Positions 48,201 to 60,100 of a DNA stretch of 64,000 nt are shown piece after piece (the stretch's first letter is position 1; every line of letters starts with the position of its first letter). Where the stretch lies: the NCBI RefSeq assembly GCF_964213995.1, contig NW_027591044.1:1-64000 (forward strand). Direction: 5' to 3'. This stretch comes from Mustelus asterias (taxonomy: Eukaryota). The position numbers and the translations under genes were made by a program. The notes under the pieces are model-generated. The model was given only the letters and a program-made list of their open reading frames with translations. It did no database searches and had not been told where the DNA came from.

Positions 48201-50409
48201 AATCTCACTGGGGGGGGGGGGAAACATTCATTTTCACCTCCTCATTATTAAACCCTGACAAAATGGGAACACGTTTCAAATGCAATGAACTTCCAACTGC
48301 CTCCTGACTGTCCCGATATTGAATTTATTAAACACGTCAAAGCATTCTGGGGGCTTTACTCCAGAGACAGGCCAGTGAATAAACACAGGAGGCCCCAATG
48401 AAGTTCCCACTTCTATCAGTCACCTCTCCCCCCCCCCCCCCTCTGTTTCTCCCTCTCCGTCTCCTACACACTTCCCCCAGATCTATATCTGTCCAATACC
48501 CCGTCTCTGGATAACCTGTCCTGATCTCTGCTCTGTTTCTCTACCTCGAGGTGAATCTGGATTGAAATGCTCTCTCTAAGTTTCTGTCTGACCGTTTAAA
48601 ATAAAACTCACAATCAAAAGGGAAATGAGAGGGGGCAAGTCGGGCAGGAAAATCCACAATCCCACCCTGAAGCGGCTGCTTCACATTTTATTGAACCATT
48701 GAATTCAGCCACTTAAAGGGGAATTAAGCGAACGCAAAAGTGCTGCTGAGATTTAGGCCATGAAGTGCGGTCTAGTCACAGAGGCTGCATTATTCCTCAG
48801 GTAGAAAGAACAAACCCCCCTCTCTCCCACCCCCCAGTTAAACAGAACAATCTTCTCCATCCACACCCACAAATCCCAGCGCCCTGTCTAAAAACACAAG
48901 CAGGACTGTGGGATTGAGAACAAGCCTTTCCCCCAGGCTCAGAAATTTGAATTTCAGCTCCCTCTCCCTCCCGAGTGCTTCACAGTGAGAGGGAGAGAGA
49001 GAGACTGGGAATGCTGCAATCAGGATCCACAGGGAGTCCCACACTGCAGGAGGACACCCACCTCCCCCTCCACCCCCAGAGCCTCTGTCTCTATCCCCCT
49101 ACCCCCCTCCACTGAGCCCCCGACACTCCCCACCCATTCTCTGTTCCTCTCTCTCTACCCCACCCTCCTTCCTCTCCATCTTTTCATGTTTAAAGTGTGG
49201 GGCGCTGTCACAGTGCAGAGAATATGGGGTGGGGAGGAGGGCACAGCAAGATCCCACACACAGTCTGAGCAGGGCCAGATACAAAGTGATATTTTAAGTG
49301 AGGATTGGGCTAAAGTGAGTAGGCAATGAGGGAACCACACTTCTTCCTCTCTCTCCCTCGCTCCCCCCCCCCCCCCTCCATCTCTCCCCCACCCCAAATA
49401 AAAATAATGAGTCACTCCAGGATTGGGGCTGTTTGTACATTCGATCTGAACAGGGAACCTTCCACTCCGAGGACAGTCACACCTCTCTCTCCCATTCCCT
49501 CTGTCTCTCGCTGTTTCTTTCTCTCTGCCCGTTTCTCTGCCTCTATCTCTGAACCTGTCCAGCCCCCTCTGTGTCTCTTTTTCTTTCCCCCCAGATCTAT
49601 ATATATATCAAATACCCCATCTCTGCCCCGGTCTCTCCTACTCTGGATAATCTGTCCTGATCTCTGCTCTGTTTCTCCATCTGGGGATGAATGGGGATTA
49701 AAATGCTCTCTGATAAGTTTCTGTCTGACCGTTTCAAATAATGACGTGTTGTGGGCCACGTCTGCTATTTCTCAGTGATTTCCATGGGGAAATGGGGAGG
49801 GAAGCTCCTTCTGCAAAGCTACATCTCTCTCTCACTGCAATGTGGTAGCAGCCACATTCCAATATCTTTACAACACATCAAATATGAGGAAAATATATTT
49901 TGAAACACAACAGCACAAATTCAGCCTCAGTTACACAGTCGCTGTTTATAAATCCCACCTTCTGGGAGGCTGTGAGTGAGGGTCTTTATCTCAGAGTAAA
50001 GTATAAAGTAAAGTTTATTTCTTAGTCACAAGTAAGGCTTACATTAACACTGCAATGAAGTTACTGTGAAATTCTCCTAGTCGCCACACTCTGGCGCCTG
50101 TTAATGCGCCAGAGTGGGTTAATGCACCTAACCAGAGACTGGGGAGCTGGCTGGGCTGTGAGTGCACAGCGGAGGCTCCCCCTCCCCCACCCGCTAACCC
50201 ACTCCCCTCCAATCTCTCTCCTCTCCCTGCCCCTCTGCCTTTGCTCTCTCTCTCTCTCTCTCTGTTACCATCCCTTTCTCTCTCTCTCTCTCTCTCTGTT
50301 ACCATCCCTTTCTCTCTCTCTCCCTCCCTGATAACTCTCAATCACGGGAGAAAGATTGAAGAGAAAGAGATATAGCAGGAAAACCCACAATCACATCCCA
50401 AATCCAATG

Positions 50410-51020
50410 AAAGGGTTGACCAGGATGTTGCCTGGTATGGAGGGTATTGGCTGTGAGGAGTGATTGAATAAACTGGGATTGTTCTCCCTGGAAAGACGGA
50501 GGCTGAGGGACGACCAGCTGGAAGTTTATAAAATTATGAGGGGTGTGGCGAGGATGAACAGTTGGGAGCTTTTTCCCAGGACAGAAATGATAATTACAAG
50601 GGGAACAAGTTCAAGATAAGGGGGAAATTGATAAATTCTTGATTTCTCGAGGAATTAAGGGCTATGGGGAGAGAGCGGGTAAATGGAGTTGAAATCAACC
50701 ATGATTGAATGGTGGAGTGGACTCGATGGGCCGAATGGCCTTACTTCCGCTCCTATGTCTTATGGTCTTATGGTCTTATGGAAAGGTTGAGTGGAGATGT
50801 GCGGGGAAGGTTTTTACACAGAGGGTGGTGGGGGCCTGGAATGCGCTGCCAAGTGAGGTGGTTGAGGCAGATACATTAGTGACATTTAAGATTTATCTGG
50901 ATAGACACATGAACAAACGGGGTATAGAGGGTTACAGGCCATTGGTCTCGATAGGTAAACATGATCGGCGCAGGCTTGGAGGGCCAAAGGACCTGTTCCT
51001 GTGCTGTGCTGTTCTTTGTA
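50410..51020 (+). mobile_element. CR1 3' fragment with a nested CR1 tail (50628-50779)
   Basis: VFTQRVVGAWNALP. The inner insert ends in (TCTTATGG)n and is flanked by a GGAAA duplication (50623-27, 50780-84). Confidence 0.8.
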
Positions 51021-54000
51021 TTAAAGTGTCTGCTGCAGGTTTTATTCGACCGTCGAGTCCCATCGATTTAAACACAGGCACTGTTTGGAAAAGGAGCAAA
51101 ATGCAAAAGCCTTCCTGAGGTTAGGCCTGGGATTGAGGCCTGGTCACAGAGGCTGCATTATACATCCTGGACAAAGAACAGGTTCCCCAGGCCCCGGCCA
51201 GTTCACCAGAACAATCCCCTCCAGCCCCGAAACCTCCCGGACAGGGCCTGGGAGGAGGGAGGGGGGGAAAAGGGAACCAGTGCTGCCCCCACCCCCTGTC
51301 CCCTTCCACCCTCCCCTCACACCGCACGCAGCCCCCATTACAGAATCATAGGACCCTACAGTACAGAAGGAGGCCCATTCGGCCCATCAGGTCTACACCG
51401 ACCACATTCACATCCAGGCCCCATCCTCATTACTCCATGTGACTTTCTCTGTCTCTCTCTCCCTCTCTCTTTGTGTGACTTTCTCTCTGTCTCTCCCACT
51501 CTCTCTCTCCCTGTCCAATATTGTCATGAAGTTGCATATATAAGGTTAAAGATGTGGTGTTTGACAAATGTAAATATTGAAAAGAAATGCTGAGAAAACC
51601 AAAACAAACCATCCAGCGTTGTGTCTTTAGAAAGCCTGTGTCTTTGTGCTGGGGATTTTAAACTGCAGAAGACAACTTTACAACAGTTGTGTCCAAAGCA
51701 GCAGCCAGAGTCCCAGCAGAGCAAAACAGGCTTTGAATTGGGTGAATGATTTTAAAACAAGCTCTCAAACACACACAACCAATTGCATTCAAATTGGGGC
51801 GTTGGTGACAGCCTCAAGCCACTCAAATTGCAGGAATACTGTGAGGAAATTCTGGGTATTTAAACCCGGGACAGGGGGAAATAACGGGGAGGGAGCGACC
51901 TTGCTGCCTCTTTAGATTGAAGGAGGGAGAGTCTGATACTGAATCCTGCAGTAATATATACAGCTTCATCACATCACCATCTAAATAGAAGCAGAAACCA
52001 ACTCAGAAAGTATTCCAGACCCAAGCAGCAGAAGAAAGTTCACACTTCCAACAGACGCCTGGTATTATATTATTTGAGGGTGACTCTATTCTGTAATGAT
52101 TTATTTCATTATTCCTGAGTGAGTCTTGTCATTGGAACAGCATTCTACTGGGGAGTTTATTCAGTTTGTTCATTGTTTTAATAAGGTTGTCACCCAGTCT
52201 AAATTAAAGACCTGTTAGTTGTTCCTGATACAGAGAGTGTCAGATCTTGCTTTAATTTACCAATTCCTCCCACAGCACAAAGCTGTGCGGGTTGGGTGGA
52301 TTGGCCGTGTTAAATTGACCCCAGTGTCAGGGGGATTAGCAGGTTAAAAGTGTGGGGTCATGGGAATAGGGCCTGGTTGGGATTGTGGTCGGTACAGACT
52401 AGATGGGCCGAATGGCCTCCTTCTGCACATCTGTCTAAAACCAGTAGCTTCCTCCTGTCTCACACACACTTACTTAAGATTACGAGGCGAGGTGTATCCC
52501 TTTGGGGGGGTTACAAAATAGCGCAGAGGGAAACATCACCTCAGAGTGGTAACAATATTTATAATCCCACAATCACACCCCCACCCTCCCTTAGTCAATG
52601 AATGAATGATTCAAATGACAATGAAGGTAATTCTGCACAGCAAGATCCCACTGCCAGTCCCACGATGGAGGAGGGCAGCCCCAGACTCTGTGTCTCTTTC
52701 CCCCTGCCCCTGCTGAGACCCTCTCACACCCCCCCCACACCCTCTCTGTTTAGCTCTCCCTCCATTTCTCTATCTCTCTCTCTGCCTCCTCCGCCTCCCC
52801 AACCCTTCTCCTTCCCCTCAATCTTTCCTGTTTAAAGTTCTGCTCACGGTCACAGTGCGAGGAATAGGGAGCCAGACCCACCTGTGTGCATAGCCAGATC
52901 CCACACACACAACCTGGTGAGGGCCAGATTAAATAAATGTTGTGGGTGAGGACTGCAGGAGAGTGTGTGGGAAATGGGATCCACTCTCTCTCTCTTCCCA
53001 AATTAAATTGGCAACAATTCACATTGGTGTTTTCTTAAACATTTTATTGAAAGATGAAATATAGACAGGAATGTCTGGGGAGAGAGAGAGGGGAGGGGTG
53101 CTGGGATTGGTAAGAATACTGGAGAGACAGAGACAGGGAAATTCTATACCCACCCCCCCATCCAAATAGAAATTCCTGGGAAAAGAGAGAGAGAAAAGAA
53201 TCTGGAGTCACACAGCACAGAAACAGGCCCTTCGGCCCACCAGCTCCATGTTGGCCATCAAATCCCAATCTATCCTCCTCCCATTCCCCAGCACTTGCTC
53301 CAGAGCCTACGGTGCCTTGGCGATTAAAGTGCTTGAATTTACCCGACCCCTTTTCAAGCTTTTTCCTTGAACCCACTTTGCGGTCCCTGAGCCAGATTTT
53401 GTTTGAAAATAAAAAGTGTGGTCACTGTTGCAGTGCAGGCAAAGGCCACAGGCCCAGTGTGTGCACAGCAAGATCCCACAGCAGCAGCAGCAATGTGAAC
53501 CTGAATCAGATGTGACACAGTCCTCCCCCCCTCCCCCCCACTCTCTCGCCTGCTGTGACCCCCCTTCCCCACTCACTACCCTGTGTGTGTGTGTCTGCAT
53601 CATCCCAAATCTCCAGAAAGGCTGGAACTCCCTCTTAAAAGTAACCCTTTTTAAAACTAAAATCCCTGTGGTGCACAGCAAGATCCCACAAAGTGCAGTC
53701 AGCTGTGTTGAGCGTTTTTTAAATTTGGGAATTGTTTATACAGAGTGAGGGAGCCAAAGAGGGGCTGAGACAGTGAAATCCCTCTCTCAGGACCCTCAGA
53801 ATTAAACTGGAGACCCTGTCCCTCACTGAAACCCCCCCCCTCCCTCTAACAGCCTGTGTCTCTCCCCCTGCATCTAACCCACAACTCCAGCTGTTTCCAT
53901 CCCTCCCTCTTCCTCTCTCTCCCTGCCTCTCTGTCTCCACCTGTTTCTGCTCGAGAAGAGACAGGGAGAGAGAGAACAGGGAGAGAGAGAGACGGGGAGA

Positions 54001-55314
54001 GATAGAGATAAAGCGAGAGAGACAGATATTTGATAATTAATTGTGTATGGTCGCATGATTGAGTGTGGTTTAATTTGGTGATTTTTTTTATACAGAGAGG
54101 CAGAGAGAGAGGTGAAGACAGTGACATTCTCTCCCTGGCACCCTCGCAAGTTCAAAGACACAAAAGCTGCAGACACTCACACACACAAACTGGGTTTGGT
54201 AAGTTTCCCAATCTCTGCAGCTTCCCATGTGGCCCAGGGTTTGAATTGAAATTTAAAAGCAGCTTGGAGAGACTGCAGGATTTTTGAGTTGAGTTTCTCC
54301 CCCCCTCACCCTGTAAATATAAAATAGAAATTCCTGGATTAAAATATTCCCTTGGACAGAGCAGAGGGAATGTGTGAGTGGTGTGTGTGTGTGTCTGAGA
54401 CCTAGGCTGGATTTGGGAATATCTGCCTGCTGAAGAGGGTCAGTGAAACCATCCTGGCTGAATATCTCATCGCTAAAGAGTCACAGAGAGAGATATCTGA
54501 TAAATAAATGTGTTACTGAACCCACTCTGGATGCTCCCTCTATCTCTGTCTTTCTCACTAACTTCATTGCAGTGTTAATGTAAGCCTTGTGACACTAATA
54601 AATAAACTTTAAATCTTTCAACTTTAAAAACTCTCTCTTTCTGTCTCTCTCAGTAACTGCAGCGTTAATGTGAGCCTGACTTGTGACAGGAATAAACACA
54701 CTTTAAAACTTTAAACATCCTCTCTGTCTCTTTATCTCTCTGTCTCTTTCTGTCTCTTTATCTATGTCTCTGTCTCTGTGTGTCTCTGCCTCTCTCTGTC
54801 TCTCTCAGTAACTTCATTGCAGTGTTAATGTAAGCCTTACTTGTGACACATATATAAACTTCAAAACTTTCAACTTTAAAAACTCTGTCTGTGTGTCTCT
54901 GTCTCAATTCAGACACTAGTTCAGTGCCAGGTTGAGAGGGGGTCAGTATTGAGCAGAATGGGAGGCAGTTTGATACAAAGTTTGCAGAAACTGCAGCGAG
55001 TGTTTGTAAACATGTTGGGGTTTGTGGAAAGGTCAGTGTGTAACAAGCTGAGGGAAGGTGTTTCCACTTCACATGTGGCTACTTTCTTTAAATTAAATAG
55101 CACAAGAGGCCAGGATTCCCCCTTCCCAGTTACACAATCTCTCAGTAAAATCTAAACATTAATTCTTGGGGAAAGAGAGAGAAAATAATTAAAATACAAG
55201 AAAATATTTAAATTAAATAGCACAGCAAAAACCCAGGATCTCCTCTCAGTTACACAATCTCTCAGTAACACCCAAACACAACAAGTCAGTTGTAAAGCAG
55301 AGACTAAAGAGTTA

Positions 55315-55637
55315 GGGTGGCACGGTAGCACAGTGGTTAGCACTGCTGCTTCACAGCTCCAGGGACCTGGGTTCGATTCCCGGCTTGGGTCACTGTCTGT
55401 GTGGAGTTTGCACATTCTCCTCGTGTCTGCATGGGTTTCCTCCGGGTGCTCCGGTTTCCTCCCACAGTCCAAAGATGTGCGGGTTAGGTTGATTGGCCAT
55501 GCTAAACATTGCCCTTAGTGTCCTGAGATGCCTAGGTTAGAGGGATTAGTGGTAAATATGTAGGGATATGTGGTCGGTGCAGACTCGATGGGCCGAATGG
55601 CCTCTTTCTGTACTGTAGGGTTTCTATGATTCTATGA
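55315..55637 (+). mobile_element. Full-length HE1-type SINE
   Basis: A box, B box GGTTCGATTCCC, core, CR1-like tail and TTCTATGA repeats. Confidence 0.9.
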
Positions 55638-56372
55638 GACAGTTCCCTCCCTGTGTGTTTCTCTCTCTCTATTCCACTCTCATTCAGATCTCGCTCCCTC
55701 TGATATGAAACATTAAATCTGGATCAGGTTAATAAACAGACACAACTCACTCAGGGTGAAGCCTGAGCAACAGGCCTCAGTCAGCCCTCCCTCTGGAAGA
55801 AGCTCCTCTCCCTCATCCTGGTCACAAACATTCCCGTCCTTTGGATCCTCGACACATCCCCAGTTTTCAAAATTCCTCAGGAGAAAAAGAGATAAAAATT
55901 GGTTAAAAAGAGAGAGAAAAAGAGACAAGGCCATTTTAACAATAAGACACACAACATATCACAGCGAGGAGTCCAGCATTTCCATTCAAGTCCATTCAGC
56001 ATCATGTCCACACAAGCAAAGCACAGGTCAAAAAGCAGATTGAGACACACACTGACACACACACACACTGAATCAGAGTGGGAATGTTTTCAGTGCAGGG
56101 GGATTATTGGTGTGGGGACTGAAGGCTCTCAGATTCACATTTATCCTGAGTGTGCTGGATGCAAACCCCACCCGAAGTCTCTGACATGCCTGCAATGTCT
56201 GTCTCTCTATTGAGATGCTAATTCACCCCCCCTCCCCCTCTCACCCCAGAGGAGTTTGTGGTAATGTCAGACTGACTATTGATATGTTAATGCAGGGAGG
56301 CAATGGATTCTGCAAGCTCCTGCCTTTAGTTTCTTTAGTTTAGTTTCAAACTTTATTTCTTTTCCCCTGTAG

Positions 56373-56477
56373 GTCGTGTTCGTCCATTTCAAAAACCCCC
56401 TGACCCCCTCACAGCAGCCCTGAAAATCCTTGCAGCCGCTCCCCACAACCCAGCGAGTGGAGGGGGAATGGGGATGT
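56373..56477 (+). other. Candidate exon (mostly 5' UTR, ending ATG GGG ATG T)
   Basis: Strong acceptor TTTCTTTTCCCCTGTAG|G and donor GTGAGT at 56478 (alternative 56482). No product can be assigned. Confidence 0.35.
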
Positions 56478-56895
56478 GTGAGTGAGTGGATTGGGGGATT
56501 GTGTCAGTGTGTGTCTGTCTATCCCACCCTCTCTGCTCACACTTCCTGCCCAGCCTGCTGAAGACAGGGAAAGAATGGGAGTTGAACAAAGCCTCCTCTC
56601 TGCCTCCATTTTCAAAGGATTTGCCCCTTTCTCACACCAGTTTTGTCCATTGAGCTGTCCCTATCAATTGGAAAAAAGTTTTATTTATCTCGCTGTGAGA
56701 TATGAAGTCACTAATTACTAAATACAGGCAAAAACATCCCATTATGAGACGGGGAGCTTCAATGGGATTTTAAACTGAAATCCTCGGATGTCAATTCCTT
56801 AGGTTAAAAGTTTCTAATTCATTAATTTGGATTAAATTAAAACCGGCCAGTATATTCTCACCAGCTGCTTTCTGTTAACTCTCCCCCTTATCACC

Positions 56896-57190
56896 GGTGG
56901 TTAACACTGCTGCCTCACAGCGCCAGGGACCCGGGTTCGATTCCTGGCTTGGGTCACTGTCTGTGCGGAGTCTGCACGTTCTCCCCGTGTCTGCGTGGGT
57001 TTCCTCCGGGTGCTCCGGTTTCCTCCCACAGTCTGAAAGACGTGCTGGTTAGGGTGCATTGGCCGTGCTAAATTCTCCCTCAGTGTAACCCGAATAGGCA
57101 CTGGAGTGTGGCGACTAGGGGATTCTCACAGTAACTTCATTGCAGTGTTAACGTAACCCTACTTGTGACACTCGTAAATAAACTGAAACT
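56896..57190 (+). mobile_element. SINE, alternative-tail subfamily
   Basis: Head, core and CACAGTAACTTCATTGCAGTG...AATAAACT tail. Confidence 0.85.
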
Positions 57191-57199
57191 TAACACTCC

Positions 57200-60100
57200 T
57201 GCACTCTCCCGCCAGCACTCACTCACTCTTATACACTTACTCAGTCTCACACACATTACACACATACTCACTTTTACACACTCCCTCTTGCACACTTGCT
57301 CACACACACTCACTCTCATAAACACTCACTTTAACACACTCTCATCAACACACACATGAATACTCCCTCACACACTCACACACACTCACATTCACTCACT
57401 CGCACGCACTCACACACTCTCTGTCTCTCACACACACTCTCTGTCTCTCACACACACTCTCTGTCTCTCACACACACTCTCTGTCTCGCTCACACACACT
57501 CTCTGTCTCTCTCACACACACTCTCTGTCTCACTCACACACACTCTCTGTCTCTCACACACACTCTCTGTCTCTCACACACACACTCTGTCTCTCACACA
57601 CACTCTCTGTCTCTCACACACACTCTCTGTCTCTCACACACACTCTCTGTCTCTCACACACACTCTCTGTCTCTCACACACACTCTCTGTCTCTCACACA
57701 CACTCTCTGTCTCTCACACACACTCTCTGTCTCGCTCACACACACTCTCTGTCTCTCACACACACTCTCTGTCTCTCTCACACACACTCTCTGTCTCTCA
57801 CACACACTCTCTGTCTCGCTCACACACTCTCTGTCTCGCTCACACACTCTCTGTCTCGCTCACACACTCTCTGTCTCTCACACACATTCTCTGTCTCTCA
57901 CACACACTCTCTGTCTCTCACAGACACTCTCTGTCTCTCACACACACTCTCTGTCTCTCAAACACACTCTCTGTCTCACACACACTCTCTGTCTCTCACA
58001 CACACTCTCTGTCTCTCACACACACTCTCTGTCTCTCTCACAGACACTCTCTGTCTCTCTCACACACTCTCTGTCTCTCACACACACTCTCTGTCTCTCA
58101 CACACATTCTCTGTCTCTCACACACTCTCTGTCTCTCACACACACTCTCTGTCTCTCTCACACACACTCTCTGTCTCTCTCACACACTCTCTGTCTCTCA
58201 CACACACACTCTGTCTCTCACACACTCTCTGTCTCTCACACACACTCTCTGTCTCGCTCACACACTCTGTCTCGCTCACACACACTCTGTCTCTCACACA
58301 CACTCTGTCTCTCTCACACACTCTCTGTCTCTCTCACACACTCTCTGTCTCTCTCACACACTCTCTGTCTCACTCACACACACTCTCTGTCTCACTCACA
58401 CACACACTCTCTGTCTCTCACACACACACTCTCTGTCTCTCACACACACTCTCTGTCTCGCTCACACACACTCTCTGTCTCGCTCACACACACTCTCTGT
58501 CTCTCTCACACACACTCTCTGTCTCGCTCACACACACACTCTGTCTCGCTCACACACACTCTCTGTCTCTCACACACACTCTCTGTCTCTCACACACACT
58601 CTCTGTCTCTCACACACACTCTGTCTCTCTCACACACTCTCTGTCTCACTCACACACACTCTCTGTCTCACTCACACACACACTCTCTGTCTCTCACACA
58701 CACACTCTCTGTCTCTCACACACACACTCTCTGTCTCTCACACACTCTCTCTGTCTCTCACACACACACTCTCTGTCTCTCTCACACACTCTCTGTCTCT
58801 CTAACACACTCTCTGTCTCTCACACACACACACTCAGTCTCTCACACACACTCTCTGTCTCGCTCACACACTCTATCGCTCACACACTCTCTGTCTCACT
58901 CCCACACGCACTCTGTCTCTCACACACACACTCTGTCTCGCTCACACACTCTCTGTCTCTCACACACACTCTCTGTCTCTCACACACACTCTCTGTCTCT
59001 CACACACACTCTCTGTCTCTCACACACACTCTCTGTCTCTCACACACACTCTCTGTCTCGCTCACACACACTCTCTGTCTCTCACACACACTCTCTGTCT
59101 CTCTCACACTCACTCTCTGTCTCTCACACACACTCTCTGTCTCGCTCACACACTCTCTGTCTCTCACACACACTCTCTGTCTCTCACACACACTCTCTGT
59201 CTCTCACACACACTCTCTGTCTCTCAACCACACTCTCTGTCTCACACACACTCTCTGTCTCTCACACACACTCTCTGTCTCTCACACACACTCTCTGTCT
59301 CTCACACACACTCTCTGTCTCTCTCACACACACTCTCTGTCTCTCACACACACACTCTGTCTCGCTCACACACTCTCTGTCTCTCACACACACTCTCTGT
59401 CTCTCACACACACTCTCTGTCTCTCACACACACTCTCTGTCTCTCACACACACTCTCTGTCTCTCACACACACTCTCTGTCTCTCACACACACTCTCTGT
59501 CTCGCTCACACACACTCTCTGTCTCTCACACACACTCTCTGTCTCTCTCACACTCACTCTCTGTCTCTCACACACACTCTCTGTCTCGCTCACACACTCT
59601 CTGTCTCTCACACACACTCTCTGTCTCTCACACACACTCTCTGTCTCTCACACACACTCTCTGTCTCTCAACCACACTCTCTGTCTCACACACACTCTCT
59701 GTCTCTCACACACACTCTCTGTCTCTCACACACACTCTCTGTCTCTCTCACACACACTCTCTGTCTCTCTCACACACTCTCTGTCTCTCACACACACTCT
59801 CTGTCTCTCACACACACTCTCTGTCTCTCACACACTCTCTGTCTCTCACACACACTCTCTGTCTCGCTCACACACTCTGTCTCGCTCACACACACTCTGT
59901 CTCTCACACACACTCTGTCTCTCTCACACACTCTCTGTCTCTCTCACACACTCTCTGTCTCTCTCACACACTCTCTGTCTCACTCACACACACTCTCTGT
60001 CTCACTCACACACACACTCTCTGTCTCTCTCACACACTCTCTGTCTCTCTCACACACTCTCTGTCTCGCTCACACACACTCTCTGTCTCGCTCACACACA

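Noticed and set aside
48980-52860. Scattered CACAGTG heptamers (~48981, 49210, 52851) and those in SINE heads
   Set aside because: No nonamer at 12 or 23 bp and no adjacent V/D/J coding sequence.
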